64,000 nucleotides of DNA from Malacoraja senta (taxonomy: Eukaryota): assembly GCA_038087875.1 (NCBI GenBank), contig CM075997.1:6574001-6638000 (forward strand), read 5' to 3'. A program made the position numbers and the translations under genes. This document shows, piece by piece, positions 52,200 through 62,167 of the stretch; within the stretch, counting starts at the first letter, position 1, and every line of letters starts with the position of its first letter. Under the pieces are notes generated by a model that was not told the origin of the DNA, searched no databases, and saw only the letters and a list, made by a program, of their open reading frames with translations.

Positions 52200-53280
52200 T
52201 TGGCATATTTGAACGCATCTTCAGGCTTTGCAAATTACTTTTCAGAACCCTTGAAAGAAATACGCATTTTAGCTGGATAAAAAACCCCGTCTTTTATCCC
52301 TTCTTTCCATCTTAAGAGATCCTTAACCTTCTCGAATTTATTTCTTTTTTGCACAATTTCATACGGGTAGTCCCTGAAGATCTTAATATTGTCATTGTCC
52401 ACCCGCAGCTGCATTCCGTATTTGATTTTGCTCATAACATCTTCCAGTTCTAAAATATCCCGAAATTTCACAATAATATGACGTGATGAATTTTTCCCGC
52501 ACCAGATCTCTGTTTAAATCTTGGAACACGATGAGCCACTTCGATTTTCGGTTCTTTGGAAAGATTAAGCAGTTGTTTAAGTAAGCCCATGGCAAACTCA
52601 CGAACATCCCCCCCCCCTCGGCTCCCTCTGAGACTCCAAGAATTCGCAAATTCTGGCGTCTAGAGCGAGCTTCCAGGTCCAGGCATTTGTCTGAGACTTT
52701 CCCCAGTTGAATCACCATCTGTAGTGAAGTTTGTTCAGTTTCATGCTTCATTTGCTCATGTTCTTGCCTCATTTTCGCCATGTCTTCAACCACTCGAGCC
52801 GTGTTTTTTCTCCAATTCCGTAATTGTGCGCATACTTGCAGCTACTGTTTCAAGCACAGCCGTGAACCTGTCCATAGTAGTTTCATCCATCTTGTCCATT
52901 CTGTCCGATAGTCCATCTTTCACATCATCAATTCGTTTATTTATAATGTCCAGTGAATCAATCACCTTCTGATTACTAGCATCATTACCAGCATTTGAAT
53001 CCATCATCATCTTTTCCATTTTTTCCATCATATTTCGCATATTTTCCATCAGAGTTTTATTTTCATTCAAAATCTCATCTTTCATATCTTTCATATCATT
53101 CACAGATTTATTGAAGTCATCAAATTCTTTGTCCTTACCAGACTCTGTTTTAGATCTTGTATCCATTTCTGCAGCCACTTCAAAAACTTCAGAGGTAACT
53201 TCTCCTTCAGGCTTCTTCTGGTTTCTCAGCAGCTTTTTCACTGATCTCTGAGGGCTCTTGGCTGGAGACAGTTTACTCAT
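52200..53280 (-). pseudogene. L1 ORF1p, frameshifted
   Basis: Coiled-coil N-terminus, then DLEARSRRQNLRILGVSEG, IKIFRDYP and YPAKMRI. Confidence 0.85.
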
Positions 53281-53688
53281 TTAAAAGGCTTTAAACCACC
53301 GTTTAAAACATCGCGCTTACTGATGACGTCATCAGCCCGGCGACCAGAAGCTCCGGTAAGGTTTTTAAATCCAGTCCCGATTTATGGACCCGTTGTACAC
53401 GATAAATCGTGAAATTTTTCGGGAGCGGAGCAAGGTGCACGTCTGTTAATCCAACATGGCGCCACCGGAAGTCTGCTATTTTGGATTAACAGCGTCAGCT
53501 ATTTTTCCAATCTTGGCTTCTTTATGGCCTTGATAGAAGCACATGTTATTATGCAGGTTTCCATCTTAATGTCTTTATTAAAAAGACAACCTGTCCTCCA
53601 TATTGTGTTCCATATAATTTGCAGTCATTCAGACTTGGCACCGAGCCATTCTTTTGTTATACTAGACCATGCTTTTGTAGAAGAACGA

Positions 53689-53915
53689 CTACATTTTGTA
53701 AACTATACTAGATTTCACTATTATTTGTTTCATTCCCTCCTTTTTTTTATCAAGCATAATAACATTCACAGTCCTCGATGAACACATAATGGTCACAAGT
53801 ACTAGAGCAATGATTAGCAGAATGATAGAGCTATCATGTTCCACGGTACCCCAAAGTCCACCAAACCAATGGCATGGCAACCAATTCTCAATCTCTTCAT
53901 GGACAACCATCCCAA
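53689..53915 (-). pseudogene. Retroviral env-like membrane-proximal and transmembrane segment
   Basis: Trp-rich NWLPCHWFGGLWG followed by hydrophobic IILLIIALVLVTIMC, positioned 3' of the integrase as expected for env TM. Confidence 0.55.
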
Positions 53916-53927
53916 TGAAGCTTCATT

Positions 53928-54635
53928 AGAGTCGATGGATCAGGTGCCACCTGTATGTGGTGTAATCCTTTCAGCCGATATTCTTGCGGTTGTGCCATAA
54001 AGTTTGCACCTGTCCATGGGTGTTGCCAGTCTCTTCTGGGAGCTTTGCACTGGTGCTTCCCCCCTCTCAGCCCGTGGTGGGGTTCACCACCTTGAGCGAG
54101 ATGCTAGTGTATCCGTGGGTTTGGACAGCTTCTCCTCCCAGTAGGTTTTGATAGCCTGCTTCCACATTACCACGTAGAAGCGGCTGCTGGACTGGAAGCC
54201 AAAGACAAAGCCAGCGTAGATTGCGGTCTGTGTTGATGTAGAAGGTGCCACTGGTTGATGGCGTTGAACTCCTCGAATCCGACAGCAAGGCTCGGGTCAG
54301 AGTTGGCGGTCTGCAGCAAGTCCCTGCCCTTGTTGCGCACTACCCATGCAGATCGATCTGCATCGTCCCGTTTGGAACTTCCTCGGGTCAGTCTGACTGA
54401 TTGCGCTGTTCTCCGTGCACAGGTCATAGATATATAGGATGTTGTTGTTGTCGAAGTCGTCCTTGCAGGTGTCTCCTTTGCTGACACCATCGGCATCGAT
54501 CTGGTCAGGGTTGGGAACAAAATGGCAATTGTCCTCATCAGAAACACCATCATTGCCATCCTCATCAATGTCCCGATTGTCATCACGCTGATTACCCACC
54601 AGGTCTGAGTCATTGTCTTCCTGGATAGGGTTATG
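53928..54635 (-). pseudogene. THBS2: Intronless thrombospondin-2-like fragment (type-3 repeats plus C-terminal lectin domain)
   Basis: Collinear with THBS1/2 across frames: [125 protein letters not shown] and [32 protein letters not shown]. It has stops and frameshifts but no introns. Confidence 0.88.
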
Positions 54636-54960
54636 CATAATCTCTTTCAAGCGGTTCATCTGTTTCAATATGTTCAGCTTCTCTTTCTCTAGAACCTTGG
54701 TCATACGATAGAGCTCAAAATGCTTCAAAATTGTTGATCAAATGTGGTTCGTCTTTCTGAAGTTGTGACCAAAGGGTTTGCAATCCCTCCTGATCTGTAA
54801 AGACGTTCTTTCTCCCAAGTTGTCAATCAGCGTGTGGAAGCAGCATTCTTCTTCCTTCATCAATGCCGACTCTTTATCTGATCCATCCCAACTCAGCTCC
54901 TCACTTTGAACCCGGCTGGGGTTTACCTCAATCCAGTTCTGTAACTGAGTTGCACTCCAA
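54636..54960 (-). pseudogene. Intronless CRACR2A/B (EFCAB4/Rab44-46 family)-like fragment, internally deleted
   Basis: [45 protein letters not shown], then [26 protein letters not shown]. From memory this resembles CRACR2A [45 protein letters not shown]...[25 protein letters not shown]. Confidence 0.7.
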
Positions 54961-55289
54961 AATCAAGGCTTTGCAACTCCACAACTTGATTACTCTCCTG
55001 CAGATACTGTGTGATGGAAGTGAGATGGTCATTTTCCGACTGGGCATTGGTGAGCACATTTTTCATCTCTTTCACCTGCAATAGCTCCAGGATCAGCTGT
55101 CACATTTTTCTGGTTACTTCAAGAACCTGTGGTAATGGATCCATCTTGGTCAGTGTGATTAACGTAAGGACAGTTGTCAGCCTTATTCAGGACGTCTTAG
55201 TGCAGGGGTTGTTCACCAAGCCCAGCCTATCGGGCCCAACCTCAGGATAAAAAGGAGGGTCCATTGTCCTTTCTTGGTTCTCCTCCATT

Positions 55290-55680
55290 TGCAGTCAATC
55301 GTAGCAGATGGCTCCAATGGGGGTAATCTTCAATTTTCACGGCGGTTGTTGTCGTAGTCGCACCTGTTACACTCCCCTCCAACACAGTTCCAATTTCGTC
55401 CGATCCCAGTACATTATCAGTACGCAGTCTCCCAAGTAGTATGGACTGTGTCTGTGTTCAACTGGCAGTGGCTTTTGCGTTTCCAACCCCTGTGAATGCG
55501 AGACTGACAAGGTTCTGCTTAATTACTGTGCGTATGTAATTTAATTCATCGCTGAGGGCATGTAGGTCATAACTAACTTCCACACTCTTTAGTGCCCTAT
55601 TCATTCCCTCTTCTAATCCAGAATTTTATGGGTGGTGGGGGATGTGAGATCACTCTTTAATTACCTACTAGGCAGACCCT
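55290..55680 (-). pseudogene. ERV integrase remnant
   Basis: Resembles the HxPYHPQSSGxxERMN core and the PGDxVLxKxW..TTxTAVKxxGxxxWxH C-terminal domain. Confidence 0.7.
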
Positions 55681-55989
55681 TTAAAAATAGATCATTATTA
55701 GAAAAGATCTATTTAAAAATATTCCCAATTGTTCCATTCTATCTCCCAAATTTTATAATTTCAAATTAACATATTTTGTTCTGAGATAAAGACATCTCCA
55801 TTCTCATCTAACACATCTACCTGGATGCCACGTGGCCATCGTGGAATTCCGGCCTCTATTTGAACTCAATTCAGCCTGGGACTGGATGCCAAGTATCCCG
55901 ATAGGATTAAGGAGAAATAAAACGGACGGAGCGAAATCCTGAACAAAGGAAAATAGAGCTGCAAGTATCTATGCAGCATAGCCTTGAAA

Positions 55990-56115
55990 AGAACAGTGAG
56001 TGCTCTCTAGTCTGATAAGGGACAGAACTTGGATGAGTGATAACCCGAAAGAACAGGAAGATCTATCTAGTCTGATAAGGGACACAACTTGGATGAGTGA
56101 CAACATGAAAGAACA
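55990..56115. repeat. 60-bp tandem duplication
   Basis: CTAGTCTGATAAGGGACA.AACTTGGATGAGTGA occurs at 56007 and 56067. Confidence 0.85.
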
Positions 56116-56852
56116 TTCTTGAATACTATGAGGGAGCTTTGGGTTAGAACAAATACTTCCCTTCGAACATTGAAAGAAAACTAGTACAAAATAACGGGCA
56201 AAACATACATCAGGTACACAAATTTGTCTGAGTGGTGCAGCCCCCTCGTTTCCAAAAATTGCGTTGCACACTAGAGGCGTACCTTTGTATTAACGTTACA
56301 TTTCCCTCCCTCGTCTGGCAGCGCCGTTCTGTTTAAAATAATCTTTGTTTCTGTGGGGACCAATGTACAGAATTCGCAAGCTAGGACATTCCCCTGCGAG
56401 ACTTTGTGAACTGGGACTGGGACGGCTTGCAAAAGTCGTCTTCTTGTTGGAGTGAAAAGTTAAAATGAAGGGAGTGGTTCAATGTAATGGTGGGCGGGCT
56501 AACGTTCAAAATGGGAGTTGTCCGAGCTGTGATTGGACAGTGATCCAGAATGTGATTGGTCAGAGTCCCCCCTCTTCTAAAGACAGGGTCGCCATGCCAG
56601 ACATATGGTCTCCAGAGGACTTACCGGTACCGGGTTTGTTCTTAATTACTAATTGCTGTTCTCTGAACTTATCAATGCTTTCTTTTTCTGCCTTAGCCCT
56701 TATCTATTATTTCTCTCCCCACTGGCATTCCATGTGAAGTACTTTCCATCCTTTAATAGTTCCATGTTCATTCCTCAATTCAATCCTTCTTTTACAAGTA
56801 TTGTCCATTCAACTTCTATCTCACGTTTCCCCTTGCTACTTTTCTACCCCCC

Positions 56853-57070
<218 letters not shown>

Positions 57071-58429
57071 TCAATAGTCTCCACATTCCATATTTATCCT
57101 ACTGGCCAAGACTCGCCACTCAAATGTTTGGTCAATTTATAATTTAATATTCTATAATCCTTGTTCTTATGAAACAAATAACACATGTGTTATACAGCCG
57201 TCTTTCCGTTACTTTTATCCAAATTATCTACATGTCTATCCAATCCCCAAATCACTACTTACTTAGTACACAAATTGTAACAAACCTTTTCAGCCTGTTA
57301 CGCCCTATGCTTTATATTAGTAACAAACCTTCGCAGTCTGCAATGCCCAATCCTGGCTACTCTCTCTGGTGGCAATTTTACAACACAGTCTTTTCAATAC
57401 ACTGTTTCTTCAAGACACATTGTCTTTTCAATACACTTATTTTCAAGACATCTGGAAGTAGTACGCTGAAAAGCTCCAAGTAGTGCATCACTCAGCACTA
57501 GGTTCGAATGCTGTGAGAAAACCCCCCAACAATATTGTAGCGGTGCGGGCTGCGTGGTGGATACTTTTATCTTTAAAATGTGTGGAGCAGTATGGCGGAG
57601 GAGAAAGCTCAGCCGACCGCCAAGTGTCAGTTCTAGGCCTTTCCCAGTCTCCCGATCCTCCAGAAACCCGCACTGAACAGGTGGGCCACAACCCGGAGTC
57701 TCTCTTGGATACCAGCGCTAAAATGGTGGCGGAGAAGTAGACCCAACGAAACAACAATTTGTGTCTGCTAATTTTTGATTTCAAACGGTTTATTAATGGA
57801 AAAGGTGTGGCTCCCAAAACAATCTTAGCCAAAATAGCAACGTTTGTTCTCTCTCTCGTCGCAATTTTCTTATACCCTACGACTGTAAATTAATACCAAT
57901 CATAAAAGTAACGCTTGTTACGCAATCTTCTTCATAAGAAACGAATTTCGTAAAGTGAAACACGTTGTAGTTATAGCAGAGACTGAGACACTTGAGAGCA
58001 GGTTGAAAAATCGAACGGAAATAAGCTGTGGGAGTATGCGCACCTGCGTTCGCGCCTGCACAATTGATCCGGCCCGCATGTGCCCAATCTAGCCCATGAC
58101 CTAAAATGGGATTGCCACCTCTGAACTAGAACAAGCGTGGACCCGTTGGGCCCCTCTCCCCCAACGCAATATGCCCCCAGTAACACTCACCTATGCACAA
58201 TGGTAGATGTTAAAATGGCGATCCTGGCCCGGCAATCCTCCCCAAAGATCATAGAGCGGAGCTCCTCCCCAACTGTGCAGGCACGGCTGTGCAACGGGTC
58301 CCTGATGTGACGCCAGATATCGCTGTTGTGACGGGATAAAAGGCTTTGGATCTAAATTACTGTGTGTGAGTTAAGTGAATCCAACATTGTGACGCTTCAA
58401 AACACAGCAAGAGACCGGCTCCGATTTTA

Positions 58430-60175
58430 ATGGTATGGGTTACTGGAACCGACCAACCTCCAGCAGCCGGTTATTAAAGTGCCAGTATGTGAACCCAGCC
58501 CATGTGCGCGCTGGGATAAAGTCCACTTGTACCAGACAGTAGTCCGAGCACTGCCCCTGTCCCACTTAGGAAACCTGAACGGAAACCTCTGGTGACCTTG
58601 CGCCCCACCCAAGGTTTCCGTAAGGTTCCCGGAGGTTCCCGGAGGTTTTGGTCACTCTCCCGAATGGTCGAAAGTGGGTTCCGCGTAGTCAAGGCTTCTC
58701 CTATGTTCCTTCGATTATTTCAACAAACTCAAAACCAGCCTTGACTAAAAATAGGTTGCCGTTTTAAAAATCGGTAATTTTTTAGTCGAAGCCGGGTGCA
58801 ATGCCAGTCGAAGGTGGTCACGGGAGGTTGAAGGCAGTGGAAGATAAGACCTCCCGGGTGAAAAAAAACTGGGTGGAAAAAAAGGTTATTATTAACATAA
58901 GCATGTGACCTCTGTCACTCCTGGGCGCGCTCAATCATAGTTGCAGAGCTCTTTTTAGCAAAGGAAAGTTGTAGAAGTGATGGCTCCCAAAAGGCTGATT
59001 CGCAGGGGTAGGGCACAACCTTCCATAAAACCTGCCATGCACGTGTCGCACATCCAGGAGGAGGAGTGGTAGAAGGACATGCCACAGGAGGAGGTAGCCA
59101 TGCATGACAGAAGCAAATGGGCTTTTAGTACTTTTCGTAACATCCACCTAACTTGTTCCTTCCCTGCTCTCATGGTTCAGAATGATTTAAAAAAACCTGG
59201 GAGGCTTTTATTGTAAGAACAAAAAAACATTCTTGACATCATTTCATCAAGTGATCAACTGAGCTCTAACCAGTCGACGCTGGTCATTGTTGGTTTTCAG
59301 TTTGGTTGTATGAGGTTGCAGGGGGTGTTGTTCAATCGTGGACCAATTTAACGAAGCCAGTTTTCAAATTAGTCGAAGGAGGTTGCTGTCGGTCGAAGGA
59401 AGTTTTCTTCAGTCGAGGAAGGTTTTCAACATATGCGTGGGAGGTGGTAGGAGGTTGCAGGTCACGTCGACCTTGATTTTTTTTGGCGGGGGGCGCAAGG
59501 TCTCCAGAGGTTTCCGTTCAGGTTTCCTAAGTGGGACTGGGGCAATATACGCTCCAGAGATGTACATGCGATCGATATGGGAACCACCCCCCTCAGACCT
59601 CCGCGAAAAAGCGTTGGAATCAGGGTGTTGATACAGTTCTGCCACATATCAACTAATTCAAAGGAGTCAATCAAACCTATCAATTTCTTCGCTACAGCAG
59701 AGGCACACTGAGTACCAGAGCGATGCCGCACCTCAAGGGGGCAATTGGAATCCCCCCAAGGAAGACACACTCTCCGCAATCAATAGTGTTCTGCAGAGCA
59801 GTCTCTTCCTGAAGTACGCACGCCTGCATCGTGCTGGTGCTGGGGCGTACACGTTAATGAAATATAACGGCATGCCATCCAGGCTCACGGGCAGATAGCA
59901 AACGGCCTGGCACAACTTCCTGCACCTTCAGGATGTCTGGTTGGAAAGGCGGGGCCAACAGGAAGGCTGCCCCACTCGAAATGTAGACCCATCCCACACC
60001 CCCCTTCCCACTACAGGAGCCAGGTGGGTTCATCTCTGACAACAGTATGCGTCTCTTGCAGAAAACTCACTGTATATTTCCCCTCTCTGGGGATTGATAG
60101 ATGATGAAATTTACGAAGGACCCCCCTTCCATCATTTATGTTTTAGCTAGCAACTCTGATTTTCATGTTTAAGAC
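58430..60175 (-). mobile_element. Tx1-clade LINE endonuclease remnant split by a MITE
   Basis: VQEVVPGRLL, LYFINVYAP and SHIDRMYIS at 59545-60175, continuing as YWHFNNRLLE at ~58460-58490. Confidence 0.65.
58553..59543. mobile_element. Non-autonomous TIR DNA transposon (~990 bp, PIF/Harbinger-like by inference)
   Basis: ~52-bp TIR GCCCC(T/A)GTCCCACTTAGGAAACCTGAACGGAAACCTCTGG(T/A)GACCTTGCGCCC at both ends. Flanks are ACT and AAT. Confidence 0.8.
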
Positions 60176-60282
60176 ACACGAGAGTTTATTCCTGACACTC
60201 CTCGTAGGAGTGGGGCCCCTCACACTTAGGAGCTACAAAAAGTACCCAGCTGATTGGACTTTGGTCCTACTGCACTTGTTTG

Positions 60283-61228
60283 ACAATAGACAATAGACAA
60301 TAGACAATAGACAATAGGTGCAGGGGTAGGCCATTCGGCCCTTCGATGTGATCATGGCTGATCATCCCCAATCAGTATCCCGTTCCTGCCTTCTCCCCAT
60401 ACCCCCTGACCTCTATTTTTAAGAGCCCTATCTAGCTCGCTCTTGAAAGCATACACAGAACCCGCCTCCACCGCCCTCTGAGGCAGAGATTCCCACAGAC
60501 TCACCACTCTCTGTGAGAAAAAGTGTATCATCGTCTCCGTTCTAAATGGCTTATATGTTTTCAATGAGATACCCTCTCATCCTTCTAAACTCCAGAGTGT
60601 ACAAGCCCAGCTGCTCCATTCTCTCAGCATATGACAGTCCCGCCATCCCGGGAATTAACCTTGTAAACCTACGCTGCACTCCCCCAATAGCAAGAATGTC
60701 CTTCCACAAATTATGGGACCAAAACTGCACACAATACTCCAGCTGTGGAAATTGGCAACGTTTCGGGCCGAAACCCTTCTTCGGACTTATGGAGAGTAGG
60801 CAACGTTTCGGGCCGAAACCCTTCTTCAGACTGGTGGACCATCAGTCTGAAGAAGGGTTTCGGCCCGAAACGTTGCCTATTCTCCATCAGTCTGCAGAAG
60901 GGTTTCGGCCCGAAACGTTGCCTATTCTCCATCAGTCTGAAGAAGGGTTTCGGCCCGAAACGTTGCCTATTTCCTTCGCTCCGTAGATGCTGCTGCACAC
61001 GCTGAGTTCCTCCAGCATTTTTGTCTACCTTCGATTTTCCAGCATCTGCAGTTCCTTCTTAAACACTCCAGCTGAGGTCTCACTAGGGCTCTGTACAACT
61101 GCAGAAGGACCTCTTTGCTCCTATATTCGATTCCTCTTGTTATGAAGGCCAACATGCCATTCACTTTCTTCACTGCCTGCTGTACCTGCATGCTTACTTT
61201 CATCGACTGATGTACAAGGACCCCAGAT
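60283..61228 (-). mobile_element. CR1 3' fragment interrupted by the hammerhead array and cut by the assembly gap
   Basis: (CAATAGA)n tail and CR1 RT C-terminal sequence on both sides of 60749-61064. Confidence 0.8.
60749..61064. mobile_element. Penelope-derived insert with five 45-bp hammerhead-motif units (two minus, three plus) and a 13-bp TSD
   Basis: Unit TCTCCATCAGTCTGAAGAAGGGTTTCGGCCCGAAACGTTGCCTAT. TSD ACTCCAGCTG(T/A)GG at 60736-60748 and 61065-61077. Confidence 0.8.
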
Positions 61229-61428
61229 NNNNNNNNNNNNNNNNNNNNNNNNNNNNNNNNNNNNNNNNNNNNNNNNNNNNNNNNNNNNNNNNNNNNNNNN
61301 NNNNNNNNNNNNNNNNNNNNNNNNNNNNNNNNNNNNNNNNNNNNNNNNNNNNNNNNNNNNNNNNNNNNNNNNNNNNNNNNNNNNNNNNNNNNNNNNNNNN
61401 NNNNNNNNNNNNNNNNNNNNNNNNNNNN
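61229..61428. other. Assembly gap (200 N)
   Basis: Run of N characters. Confidence 1.
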
Positions 61429-61864
61429 CCTGGAGGAACTCAAGGTTTCAGGCCCATACTCTGCGGAAAGTGAAATGAGGATCTGCATGTGCGGTAATAA
61501 TGAGGACAATATAAATTGCTGGATGAACACACCAGATTAGGCAGGGTGTGTTGATTGACAGATTGCCAAGTGACAAAAACTAGAGGTGAAAAGAAGGCAA
61601 ACATGTGTCAGATAAGAAGAGGCGGGGAGGGATAAGGGCAAAGAGGGGTGAGGGGCCGGGGAAAAGGGAAAGTGAGGAGTTCCGAAGGGGATGCGGGAGG
61701 TGGGGAAGGCAGAAAAGCGAGTGGGGATGGGTAGAGTCAATGGGGGGGGGGGGCATATCCTAAGGCAAATGTGTACTTAATAGGAAGGGCAGGTGGGCAT
61801 GTGGAAGAGAAACAGACAGGGAACACATTCCCTGCAGCCGTCGCCTTGAACATCCAGACTATGT

Positions 61865-62118
61865 TAAACACAAAATGCTGGAATAACTCAGCGGGACAGG
61901 CAGGAGAAACAACATCTCATATTTCGCTTGGCAGCTTATAACCCAGTGGTATAAATATTGATTTATCTATTTTCAACACCTTGCTGCACTCCCTCTCTCT
62001 CCACTCCCCCCCATCCAAGTCGCAACAGGTTACCTTTCCCACCAAGCAAACAGCTAACAATGGCCTGTTTCCTTCATCTTTTTTTTGCATTACTTTCATT
62101 AATTGTCGATCTCTCCAC
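61865..62118. mobile_element. Penelope-like fragments (GIY-YIG tail on the + strand)
   Basis: AACATCTCATATTTCGCTTGGCAGCTTATAACCC (QHLIFRL-like), matching 30840-30900 in reverse. Confidence 0.55.
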
Positions 62119-62119
62119 A

Positions 62120-62136
62120 TTTATCTATTTATCTAT

Positions 62137-62167
<31 letters not shown>

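Larger units (their letters stand above)
47245..53473 (-). mobile_element. Full-length AT-rich L1-clade LINE flanked by a ~130-bp direct duplication
   Basis: 5' end GACTTCCGGTGGCGCCATG, ORF1 and ORF2 pieces, and a poly(A)-like 3' end. The flanks 47114-47244 and 53491-53620 are nearly identical. Confidence 0.92.
46810..56300 (-). mobile_element. Defective ERV remnant (gag?/integrase, captured host fragments, env-like TM, putative 3' LTR), interrupted by an L1; boundaries approximate
   Basis: Integrase-like SHIPHHP*NSGLEEGMNRALR at ~55590-55650 and YYLGDCVLIMYWDRTKLELCW..TTTAVKIEDYPHWSH at ~55305-55450. Env-TM-like WLPCHWFGGLWG..IILLIIALVLVTIMC at 53689-53910. LTR-like 3' end with ATTAAA and terminal ..TGACA near 46810-46880. 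Confidence 0.65.

Noticed and set aside
53928..54635. Functional exon(s) of a genomic thrombospondin gene
   Set aside because: Contains stops, frameshifts and deletions, lacks the expected introns, and is embedded between retroviral remnants.
60967..61530. ORFs spanning the N run
   Set aside because: Artefacts of translating through the assembly gap.
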